From: an uncultured Gammaproteobacteria bacterium
Lineage (GTDB): Bacteria; Pseudomonadota; Gammaproteobacteria; Enterobacterales; UBA3532
Length of the DNA: 56,118 nucleotides
NCBI GenBank assembly: GCA_964001325.1
Contig: CAXFCR010000003.1
Coordinates: forward strand, 1 to 56,118
Reading direction: 5' to 3'
Shown: in pieces, positions 43,144 to 52,044 of the stretch
How the letters are laid out: the number at the start of each line of letters is the position of its first letter
Numbering within the stretch: position 1 is the first letter of the stretch
Translations under genes and position numbers: made by a program
Notes under the pieces: generated by a model
Seen by the model: only the letters and a program-made list of their open reading frames with translations
What the model was told of the DNA's origin: nothing
The model's database searches: none

Positions 43144-43147
43144 AACT

Positions 43148-43972
43148 ATGAAATTAAAATTACATGGCTTGTTGATTGTTTTGTCAGGATTAACCTTTAT
43201 ACCAGGGTGCGGAGGGAACAATGAAGGCATTTTGGCAACGGTTGGTGATCAACAGGTAACGCAAGAATTTTTTGATGCTTATATCAAATTTAAGCGGATA
43301 AAGATTGAAAATAAAGAGCAGCGACAACAAGTTCTTGATGATTACCTATCTCGGCTTCAATTAAGTCAGGCTATCGTTGAGACGGGTGTACTTGATACCC
43401 AGTCACTTGACGTGGAGCAGGAGTTGTTTCGCCAGGAAATGTTGCTTGGCCGCTATTTCGACAGCGTTTTAGATGAGAAGGTGGGTGAACAAAATCTGCG
43501 TAACTATTACGCCGCCCATATTGAAGACTATCAGTACAACCGAGCCCATTTGGCGCATATTCTAATCCGTACGCGCGAAAATATGCATGAGTCGGAAAAG
43601 CAAGCCAAGAGAAGCCAAGCGGATGACGTGTTCTCGCAGCTAAAGCGCGGCACACCCTTTGAGGAACTGGCGCGGCAGGTGTCTGATGACAAGCGCACCT
43701 CAAACAAAGGTGGGGACATTGGCTGGCTTAAAGAAGGAGCGATAGGGGAAGGCTTTTCTGAAGCAGCTTTTAATCTGAAAACCGGCGAGGTATCTGATGT
43801 TATTGAGTCTCGGTATGGGTTTCATATTATTAAAGCGATAAAGCAAAAAGAACCCTTTACCAAACCGTTTGAGTCGGTAAGGGGGGATATTCGCTACCAC
43901 CTTAGGCAAAAAAATAAAGCGGCAGAGAAAGAAAAGCTATTAAGCAGCATCGAGATAAAGAAATACCAATAA
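43148..43972 (+). CDS. PpiC/parvulin-type peptidyl-prolyl cis-trans isomerase, predicted lipoprotein (PrsA/SurA-like foldase)
   Basis: Parvulin motifs AHILI, FEELARQVSDD, KGGDIGW, FSEAAFNLKTGEVSDVIESRYGFHII. The N-terminus MKLKLHGLLIVLSGLTFIPG|C is lipobox-like, followed by a helical SurA/PrsA-like N-domain (LATVGDQQVT). It starts 4 nt after the giant gene's stop. Confidence 0.92.
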   Translation: MKLKLHGLLIVLSGLTFIPGCGGNNEGILATVGDQQVTQEFFDAYIKFKRIKIENKEQRQQVLDDYLSRLQLSQAIVETGVLDTQSLDVEQELFRQEMLLGRYFDSVLDEKVGEQNLRNYYAAHIEDYQYNRAHLAHILIRTRENMHESEKQAKRSQADDVFSQLKRGTPFEELARQVSDDKRTSNKGGDIGWLKEGAIGEGFSEAAFNLKTGEVSDVIESRYGFHIIKAIKQKEPFTKPFESVRGDIRYHLRQKNKAAEKEKLLSSIEIKKYQ

Positions 43973-43994
43973 GCCTTAGTTTGGGATACTCCTA

Positions 43995-46900
43995 GTGATG
44001 AATATGATACGTTCTTTATATTGGTGCTTCGTGCTCGTGGCTTTGGCGTTGCCCGCGTTTGCCAGTCAAGCGTTGTGGAATACCTCATTTGAATCCAATG
44101 CTGAAAAAGCGGCTTGGTCATTAAGCGACGGTTGGGACTATGCTGATAGTCAAGGTGAGCCGGTTTCGGGGTTACGCTATAAGACGGCTGGCTCTGGCAG
44201 TTCATTATCGCCTGAAAACGCTGAAAGCATCAGAAATAAATCCATTTTAGTACCCAGTACGGCAAAAGCCCCAGTGTTACAGGTTAACTATCGGATAAAA
44301 AATGCGGTAGTAACTTTTTGGGTTAAACGTGTCGGAAGTCGAAGTGGTTGGCATAGAGTTGGACGCATTGTTGGTAGTAACACGGTTAATACTCTAAAAA
44401 AGAAAGAAATATCGTTACATTCTCACAAGGGCCACTCACTGTTGTTAAAACTCACAGTTGAGTCGTTAACCAACCAAAATGGCTCTATAGACATCCAAGA
44501 GCTTAGCATTACGGATGTTCCCGATGTGACCTATCCTTTCCCATATCGTAATAGTTTCGATCCAACGGCAAGTGTTGATGAAAAAGCAGGTCTGGATCAT
44601 TGGCTGCTTCATGGTTTTTGGGGCGGTATCTCGTCGAATAAACACTATAAGAGCTTGTCTAAGCCATTTCACCTGAATGCCAATCCATCACGGAGCGTTT
44701 CGTCCCACTGGGCATTTATGCAGGCCCGAATGGATGGTTTTGTGAATATACCGAGTGATGCGAGTAATCCAATACTTCGTTTTCATTATATGTCAGGCGG
44801 ACTTTACCTCACGCTATATGCTCAAACCCAGCACGATGGAAAGTGGCACATCCTAAGGCGCTTTGGCCAACAGGATTACCGTCCGGTTTATACGCCGATA
44901 GAGATCGACTTGTCTGGGTTTAAAGATCAGGCCATACGCCTAAATTTTGCATATTCAGCTTCGGCAAATCGAACTATTCAGCCTTTCCTCGTCGATAATT
45001 TGGAAATTATTGATAACCAGCAGCCCTATAAAAATTACCCATTTACTGATAATTTTGAAACGCTAACAGATGACTGGTTATTGGAAGGCCTATGGAATAG
45101 TCAGGCACATCAATCCGCAGCCTATATTGATGTTGCGGATAACCAACAGTTATTGAGTGATATGGGAAAGCGGCACTTAAGCAGCAACCCAGATTATAAC
45201 GATTCGAATGGCTATGCACGTCGAGCAGCGCTAATGTCTCGTTTTGTGAAAATCCCGAAAAGTAGTATAAATCCCGTACTGAGATTTAAATATGCAACCA
45301 ATAGCACAAGGTTTCGGGTCTTATACCAAATGGAAGGTACGTCGCATTGGCATGTGTTAAAGGATTATGCCAAAGTGCATTTCTCGCAACGTTTCAAGTG
45401 GGAAGAAATCGATCTGGATGCATTTGTTGGCAAAAGTATCCGCATCAAATTTGAAGAATTTGTGGTGTTTGGCCAATCAGCAAGCTTTATTGCCGTTGAT
45501 AACGTTTATATCGGAAACGTGCAGCTAGACGATTATGACTATCCTTACAATACCAATTTTGAGGAGCCTCTGGGGCGTCATGACTCTCAAAAAGACACCA
45601 ATGCACTAAATGATATCAACGGCTGGAGTGACTGGAGTTTTGAAGGTACCTGGGGGATACAGCGGTCAACCTCAAGCAGGCCGAGTGAAAGTGGTGATTA
45701 TTACCTGACAAGTCGCATAGATGACATGAAGGTGACAAGGGCTCATAAGTTGTCGAGCCGTTTACAAGGGTTTATCACTATTCCTGAAGACGCGACGAAT
45801 CCCACAGTGAGCTTCTCTCAATTTAGCCCGGCTGCTCTAGGTAGCATTCATGTTCAGAGCGCAAGCGATAGTGGCTGGAAGGCGCTCACTTCACTGACCA
45901 ATATACAGGTAGCCGACAATGGATATCAGCGGGTCCACTACAGTTTAAGTGGTTATGAAGGACAGCGTATTCGTTTGCGTTTTGACGATGTCATAACACC
46001 AAGCGCAACATCTGCGTGGATGATTGACAATCTCCGGGTAGGGGATGCTGAAACCGATACGGCTATTTCCGACTTCGACACCGATGGGGATGGGATATTT
46101 AATGATTTTGATGAATATCCCAATGATCCCAGCCAGTATAAATTAGAGCCTGTTTCAAGCGTCGATACGTTATTTACCGGTGAGTTAAACCAAATTACCT
46201 GGCAGCATCATAATAACGATGTTGCTTATTACCGAGTATACCGGCGGGAAAACAATGGCGAATTTATTTTAATAGCGGATAAGTTATTAGGAACCTCTTT
46301 TAGAGATACCCAATTTAATAATGGTAGTGTCTATCAGTATTATGTCAGTGCCGTTAGTTATGTCAGTGGGGAGGGTGATCCTAGTGCATTATCTGAAAAC
46401 TGGGTCACTACCCATCACCACTCCGTAGCTAATCTTTTGGCCGTTGCTAATATTGTCAGCATCGACCTGTCATGGATTAAGAGCCCTTGGCCCGTCGTTA
46501 TCAAGCGGAGTAAGAATGGCGGCATGTTTACGCCGATAGCAACGCTCCGGCCGAGAGTTAATCAATATAAAGATACGCCGCTAAGTGCAGGTGAATATCG
46601 TTATCAGGTCATTAGCTTTCGAGAATTTGTCCACCCCATTACCGGTGAGCGAAAAGTGATCTATGGCCGAATTTTGCAGACGCCACCTAAAGTTATTTTG
46701 CCACTTCATCCCCTTGAGTGGACGTTTACCCAACCCGAGCCTGATCAGAATCATGAGATGCGTGAATATGTTTTGTCGGGAGCAGAGTTGCATGTTCACG
46801 GCACAATCATTAACCGTCGTGTTCCAATGAGTATAGAAGCCGTGAGTGGGACTGAAGTTATTACTGGAACGATTAGCAATGGCGAGTTTGAAATAACCTT

Positions 46901-49900
46901 ACCTTATCAAGCAACGTCTACGGCCTGGGAAGTACGGCTCAAAGAAGTGGGTGAGCCCTATCGCCAACTTAGCCAGATAGTATGGGTTTTGGCGGATACA
47001 AAAGCACCAACCCTTCGTTTGGATAACCAAGATCAAATGACCTATGAGTTCGAATGGGAGATCACGGGCAGTATTGTGGAAGAAGGGCACGGTCTGGCGG
47101 AGTTTTACCTGACCAATAGTTTACAGCCTGACAATCAAGTCAGTCTAACCGCTGATGACAGTGGGCAGTACGCCGCCACTATCTCTCTGATAAGAGGGAT
47201 AAATACCATAACGGTGGTGGCCATAGATAAATCGGGGAATCGCTCAGAAGCTCAGGTAACCATTGAGCAGAGAGAAAACCCAGATCGAGATGGCGATGGT
47301 GTTCTCAATAGCCAAGATGAATTTCCCGATGACCCAACGAAGTTTAGGCTCAGCCCCATCGAGCAGCTGACCATAGCATCTGCTCCGGCGCTGGTAACTG
47401 TATCATGGCCAGCGCATACCGACCCTGTTGCCGCCTATCGAGTGTACCGACAGAAAAATAGTGACGACTATCAACTGCTCTCAGGTGATGTTCTTTCTAC
47501 CAGTTTTACTGACCATAAAGTTGAGTTGGGCGGGTTTTATCAATACTACGTTGTCGCGGTGGGCTTCCGAAGCGGTGAGAGCGATCCAAGTCCCGCGAAA
47601 AGTACATGGCTAACATTCAATGACAAAGGGGTTGAGCAAGCCCTTGCTACAGTAAATATCACCAGTATAGAGCTAACCTGGGGGGCGATGTCACTCCCAG
47701 TTGTTGTTGAGCGTTCAATGAATGGCGGCGAATTTGCCCAAATAGCAGAGATAGCGCCTGGCGTTAATCAATATAAAGATGCGTCTCTTCAAGCAGGGCA
47801 GTATCAATATCAACTATACACCCAGCGACAATTTCAGCATCCAGTTACATTAGATGAGGCACTGATTGATGGTCCTGTCACTGAATTAGAACCATTGACG
47901 GTGCATGAACTTTTATCCCTTGATTGGTCGTTTACCGAGCCAGATAGCATCAATGGTGAAAGGGGAAGCTACATCAAAGAAGGCGAAACACTTAAGGTTA
48001 GTGGCACCATTATTAACCCTATTGTTCCGCTTCAAATAAGTGCGACAGCGGGAGATGTAGAAGTGGCCGGACAGGTGGTAAACCATCAGTTTACGTTAGC
48101 ATTGCCTTATCTGCCGAGCACGACAGCCTGGACCGTTGTGCTTTCTGAACCAACGGAGCCATTTCGCAGGCTCACTGAAACGGTGATGGTGTATGCCGAT
48201 ACAACCCCTCCCGATCTAAAACTAAGCAATGCAAACGCGGTAACATTTGAATATTCCTGGACTATACAAGGCAGCGTCGTAGATACAGAGCATGGCCTTG
48301 CGGAGGTCTTCGTATCAAACAGCCTGACGCCTGGTGAGAGCCAGGCTATTCAGGTGGATGACAATGGCCAGTTTTCAATCAATGTGCCGTTAGTTCGAGG
48401 GCTAAATAATATTCGTGTTACGGCACGGGATCGCTCTGACAATAAATCTGAAGCTAGCGTAACCATTGAGCAACGAGAAAACCCTGATCGGGATGGTGAT
48501 GGGGTGCTAAACGATGTCGATGAGTTTCCCGACGATCCCAGCCGTTATAGGCATAAGCCTGTTACCGGACTGTCTATCACTGCATCTGATACAAGCGTTA
48601 AACTCATGTGGGATCAGCATCCAGAAAACCCACCATTTTTCCGCATTTACCGACGTGAAAATCATGGCAGCTACCAGTTATATCAAGACAACGTCAGCGC
48701 ATATGAGTTTATTGATCAACATATCACGAATCTTACAGGCTATCAGTATCAGGTCGTGCCGGTTGGAAACGTCAGCGGGGAAGGGGGGATTGCGCCAAGC
48801 GTTGAGACTTATATTGCCTACAATAATCAGCAGGTAACAGAGCTTGAAGCCGTAGTAACAGCCAATAGCATTGGCCTCTCCTGGACAAATAATACCGGGC
48901 TGCCAGCTAAGCTTTATGCGCTTTCAAATGTCGGCACGCCACTTTTGGTCAGTGAAGATAAGCAAGTGATCCATAGGCTTACCACGTTAGAGGCTGGACA
49001 ATATCGCTATCGTGTGCAAACAGAAATAGTAACGACCAATGTTTATACCAACGAAGTGCTTAAGCTTGCTGGCCCCGCGTTAGATACAGATCTTTTAACC
49101 GTGGAGCCACTCAGTGACATTGTGTGGACTATTCAGACGCCACAGTTTGTTAAGAATGCACCTTATTATCCTACAACAGTTGAGCCTTTGGTGGTTAGCG
49201 GAACAGTTGATGGCGTAATGGCCGATATTAGTATTACCGCGATGGTTGAAGGCAATGAGCCAATAGAGGCAACGATAAATGAACAAAACTGGCAGGTAGC
49301 CATTCCTTATCCAGATGGGGAGTCGCGGGTTACCTTTACCCTGTCCGAGCTCAGTATCCCTTCTCGAACCCTCACAAAAGAGGTGGTGATAGCCAAAGAT
49401 GATCGTGCGCCGGATATCGATGTTTTTGCTGAAAGCCTTACCAAAGAAGAGCAAATAGTCATCCATGGTACAGCAATAGACAGCGAAACCGGGATCCAGG
49501 CATTATCTGCTGTGAATAACTTAGTGCAAGGGACGACATTCGATATCTCGACCGATGCGAATGGTGATTACAGCATGCAAATACCATTATTGATCGGCAT
49601 CAACACCATCACTGTTACCGCAACTGACTACCTCGGCAACACCGAAACGGCAACCGTATCTATTACGCGAGAGCCCAACGGCCCACAGGTAACCTTTGCT
49701 TCACCAGCGAACAATAGCGTTATCTATCCTCCTGCTGAATCCGAAACAGAATCACAGGAAGGTACTATTAGTGTGGTGCTGAGCATAACAGCCATTGAAC
49801 CCATTGATGATATTTCGGTATCGCTTAACCAGGGTGGCGATTTGACCCTGACCGGAGAAGGGGGTGTCTATACGGCAACCTTTACCGGAGTGATGTTGCA

Positions 49901-52031
49901 AGAGGGTGATAACTACATTTCCGCTATTGCGCAATCGCCTTCGGGAACAGGTTCGGCAGCGGTGAACGTGTTTTATCATTCGGATGAGCTGACGGCTTCG
50001 AATCCTCCAACACTGAACTGGCAACTTCCCTATGACAACCAGCTGGTCAAAGGTGAAGAAGTGAAAGTAAGCGCTAGTGTCTCGGCGCAAACCCCTGTTA
50101 GTGTTTCAATTAACGGGCAAGCGGCCACATTGGTGAATGGCACGTTAACTTCAGGGACGGTTGCTGAAAAGGTTAGCATACCAGAAGGTGTCTCTGAGTT
50201 TGCTATTACCATCACGGTAACGGACCTAGCGGGCGGCGAAGTATCTCAAACCAGAACGGTTTACCGAGATAGCCAATTACCGACAATCAGCGTAGATAAT
50301 GGCTTTAGTGAATACCCACAGCTTAATCTGATAACAGCGAATCCTGTTGTGATCCGAGGGCAGGTTGCTGATGACAACTTAGCCAGTTTAACCATTGATG
50401 GAGTAACTGCACAGTTCACCCAGAGCGGTGATAATCAATATACGTTTAATGGCGTCGTCGAACTGCCCGTCAATGAAAACCATGTAGTATCTATTGTCGC
50501 CCGTGATCATGCTGGGAATGAATCCTCTGTTAGTTACACCATGCTTTATCAAGCAGCGGTCGCAGCGAAAATCATTATTCCTGAGCGAGGCGCAGTCTAT
50601 AGGCCATCAAGCGACTCATGGGAGCTGGAGCTTACCGCACTTGTTACACCAGCCGGAGACTACCGGGCGTCCCTTGTTGTCGAGCAACAGGCTTATGAGC
50701 TATCAATCAATAATGGGGTTATTAATGGTCAGGTTGAGCTAAGTGATTTGAGTGGTGAGGTAGAGCTATATCTGAAAATACAAAATCTAGATGAAGAAAC
50801 TCTCGCACTGGTATCCAGAACGGTACAAGTCGAGCCGTTTCTTGATCAGACATTAGCCGTCAGTCGCACCGAGCCACCTAATCTTGCGACCGGGGTAGAG
50901 CCAGTCCGCCCTGTTAGTATTTTCTTCAATCAGGCGATTGATAACGATCTGCTTAGTATTGAAGTGAGAGAAACTGCACACGGAAAAACCTATTTTACCG
51001 ACTATGCACCAGGAACCAGTGTTTTACAGGCGCAGGGAGCACAAACGGTAGCGGTTAACCGAGACCACTCGCTGGTTGAGGGGGATTTAAGCTTCCTTCC
51101 TGGCAACATGCTAACGGTTTTTTACCCTAAAAAGACATTAGCTTTTGGGGCAACGGTATATGTGGATATTAACTATGATGGCAATGAACTCTATCGATTT
51201 AGTTACCAAACTCGTAAAATCCCCACATTCTTAACCGGCGTGGTTAGCGACCAGTTTAATCAAAACATCTCAGGCGTTGAGGTTTCGATCCCTGAGCTTG
51301 GTCGTAAAACCCTAACCGATGAAAACGGGGGGTATGGTTTCGGGTTTGATGATTCAGAAGAAAATGCGATACCAGCAGGAAATTACGAAGTCTGGGTTAA
51401 TAGAGAGTATAAATTAAGCCATTTTGGTGCAGCCAGTCGGCTAATCCATATCGAGGAGGGCGAGCTAAATCGTGCGCCCATGCTGGTGGTACCACAGCTT
51501 GATCCTTCGCGCAGTTATCAAGCCGTGTCTTCTGAGCCTACTACGCTACATTTGGCGGAAGGGGAGTTAATTATCACCTATGATGATGCTGTTGCATGGG
51601 AGTTTCCCAATGAAGCATTGGTACAGGGTATTCGTGCTGACTTTATACGCTCCGACCAAATTGGCATGTCGGCAGCAGCTGTCGAAAGCATCCCGTTATG
51701 GATGTTTAATATTCAGCCTGCGGGTATTGAACTGAGTGGCGACGTCGATCTGGACTTTTTTATTCCGAAAAATCCGTTGGGTTTCTGGCTGTTAAAACAA
51801 GATGCCGAATATGTCGTTATATTAGGCGTAGATAAAAACAGCCTTACTATCGTGCCGATTGGTGCTGGTGTTGTTGAAGGTGGGCGAGTTAAAGCATCGC
51901 TTGAGCTTGAACAGCAACGACTAGATTATCTGGGATATGCCAGTGTTTCTTATGAAACCGAGGCTGTTCTTAAACAATATTTAAATGGCGAGCTTAGCTG
52001 GTTTCAGGTTCTAGCTCGCTTAGCCCCATAA
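43995..52031 (+). CDS. Large (2,678 aa) exported MAM-like / FN3 / Ig (glucodextranase-B-like) / carboxypeptidase-regulatory-like domain protein
   Basis: ORF track. GGGA RBS at 43983-43986 (start GTG 43995 or ATG 43998). Signal peptide ...FVLVALALPAFA|SQA. FN3 motifs (YYRVYRR...YQYYVSAV), Ig motifs (GINTITVVAIDKSGN), Big_5-like (LAVSRTEPPNLATGV) and CarboxypepD_reg-like (LTGVVSDQFNQNISGVEVSI...TLTDENGGY). Confidence 0.9.
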   Translation: MMNMIRSLYWCFVLVALALPAFASQALWNTSFESNAEKAAWSLSDGWDYADSQGEPVSGLRYKTAGSGSSLSPENAESIRNKSILVPSTAKAPVLQVNYRIKNAVVTFWVKRVGSRSGWHRVGRIVGSNTVNTLKKKEISLHSHKGHSLLLKLTVESLTNQNGSIDIQELSITDVPDVTYPFPYRNSFDPTASVDEKAGLDHWLLHGFWGGISSNKHYKSLSKPFHLNANPSRSVSSHWAFMQARMDGFVNIPSDASNPILRFHYMSGGLYLTLYAQTQHDGKWHILRRFGQQDYRPVYTPIEIDLSGFKDQAIRLNFAYSASANRTIQPFLVDNLEIIDNQQPYKNYPFTDNFETLTDDWLLEGLWNSQAHQSAAYIDVADNQQLLSDMGKRHLSSNPDYNDSNGYARRAALMSRFVKIPKSSINPVLRFKYATNSTRFRVLYQMEGTSHWHVLKDYAKVHFSQRFKWEEIDLDAFVGKSIRIKFEEFVVFGQSASFIAVDNVYIGNVQLDDYDYPYNTNFEEPLGRHDSQKDTNALNDINGWSDWSFEGTWGIQRSTSSRPSESGDYYLTSRIDDMKVTRAHKLSSRLQGFITIPEDATNPTVSFSQFSPAALGSIHVQSASDSGWKALTSLTNIQVADNGYQRVHYSLSGYEGQRIRLRFDDVITPSATSAWMIDNLRVGDAETDTAISDFDTDGDGIFNDFDEYPNDPSQYKLEPVSSVDTLFTGELNQITWQHHNNDVAYYRVYRRENNGEFILIADKLLGTSFRDTQFNNGSVYQYYVSAVSYVSGEGDPSALSENWVTTHHHSVANLLAVANIVSIDLSWIKSPWPVVIKRSKNGGMFTPIATLRPRVNQYKDTPLSAGEYRYQVISFREFVHPITGERKVIYGRILQTPPKVILPLHPLEWTFTQPEPDQNHEMREYVLSGAELHVHGTIINRRVPMSIEAVSGTEVITGTISNGEFEITLPYQATSTAWEVRLKEVGEPYRQLSQIVWVLADTKAPTLRLDNQDQMTYEFEWEITGSIVEEGHGLAEFYLTNSLQPDNQVSLTADDSGQYAATISLIRGINTITVVAIDKSGNRSEAQVTIEQRENPDRDGDGVLNSQDEFPDDPTKFRLSPIEQLTIASAPALVTVSWPAHTDPVAAYRVYRQKNSDDYQLLSGDVLSTSFTDHKVELGGFYQYYVVAVGFRSGESDPSPAKSTWLTFNDKGVEQALATVNITSIELTWGAMSLPVVVERSMNGGEFAQIAEIAPGVNQYKDASLQAGQYQYQLYTQRQFQHPVTLDEALIDGPVTELEPLTVHELLSLDWSFTEPDSINGERGSYIKEGETLKVSGTIINPIVPLQISATAGDVEVAGQVVNHQFTLALPYLPSTTAWTVVLSEPTEPFRRLTETVMVYADTTPPDLKLSNANAVTFEYSWTIQGSVVDTEHGLAEVFVSNSLTPGESQAIQVDDNGQFSINVPLVRGLNNIRVTARDRSDNKSEASVTIEQRENPDRDGDGVLNDVDEFPDDPSRYRHKPVTGLSITASDTSVKLMWDQHPENPPFFRIYRRENHGSYQLYQDNVSAYEFIDQHITNLTGYQYQVVPVGNVSGEGGIAPSVETYIAYNNQQVTELEAVVTANSIGLSWTNNTGLPAKLYALSNVGTPLLVSEDKQVIHRLTTLEAGQYRYRVQTEIVTTNVYTNEVLKLAGPALDTDLLTVEPLSDIVWTIQTPQFVKNAPYYPTTVEPLVVSGTVDGVMADISITAMVEGNEPIEATINEQNWQVAIPYPDGESRVTFTLSELSIPSRTLTKEVVIAKDDRAPDIDVFAESLTKEEQIVIHGTAIDSETGIQALSAVNNLVQGTTFDISTDANGDYSMQIPLLIGINTITVTATDYLGNTETATVSITREPNGPQVTFASPANNSVIYPPAESETESQEGTISVVLSITAIEPIDDISVSLNQGGDLTLTGEGGVYTATFTGVMLQEGDNYISAIAQSPSGTGSAAVNVFYHSDELTASNPPTLNWQLPYDNQLVKGEEVKVSASVSAQTPVSVSINGQAATLVNGTLTSGTVAEKVSIPEGVSEFAITITVTDLAGGEVSQTRTVYRDSQLPTISVDNGFSEYPQLNLITANPVVIRGQVADDNLASLTIDGVTAQFTQSGDNQYTFNGVVELPVNENHVVSIVARDHAGNESSVSYTMLYQAAVAAKIIIPERGAVYRPSSDSWELELTALVTPAGDYRASLVVEQQAYELSINNGVINGQVELSDLSGEVELYLKIQNLDEETLALVSRTVQVEPFLDQTLAVSRTEPPNLATGVEPVRPVSIFFNQAIDNDLLSIEVRETAHGKTYFTDYAPGTSVLQAQGAQTVAVNRDHSLVEGDLSFLPGNMLTVFYPKKTLAFGATVYVDINYDGNELYRFSYQTRKIPTFLTGVVSDQFNQNISGVEVSIPELGRKTLTDENGGYGFGFDDSEENAIPAGNYEVWVNREYKLSHFGAASRLIHIEEGELNRAPMLVVPQLDPSRSYQAVSSEPTTLHLAEGELIITYDDAVAWEFPNEALVQGIRADFIRSDQIGMSAAAVESIPLWMFNIQPAGIELSGDVDLDFFIPKNPLGFWLLKQDAEYVVILGVDKNSLTIVPIGAGVVEGGRVKASLELEQQRLDYLGYASVSYETEAVLKQYLNGELSWFQVLARLAP
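44073..46045 (+). repeat. Four tandem MAM-like/jelly-roll domains
   Basis: Starts LWNTSFE, YPFPYRNSFD, YPFTDNFE and YPYNTNFE, each followed by W-x-x-x-G/D-x-W, later IP-x-x-A/S-x-x-P-x-L/V and I/Y-x-L-x-x-F/Y/H-x-G/D-x-x-I/L. They end IQELSI, VDNLEI, VDNVYI and IDNLRV. Confidence 0.6.
46077..49670 (+). repeat. Three ~401-aa tandem repeats (DxDGDG loop + FN3 + FN3 + Ig + Ig)
   Basis: DTDGDGIFNDFDEYPNDP at 46077, DRDGDGVLNSQDEFPDDP at 47283 and DRDGDGVLNDVDEFPDDP at 48486, with periods of 1206 and 1203 nt. Nucleotide similarity is visible at the junctions (accattgagca..gagaaaacc). Confidence 0.85.
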
Positions 52032-52044
52032 AAGGAAGTATGTC

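Noticed and set aside
3608-50742. Dozens of 60-140-aa alternative-frame and antisense ORFs inside the large genes
   Set aside because: They are fully nested in long, motif-rich CDSs, have no recognisable domains, and are typical shadow ORFs.
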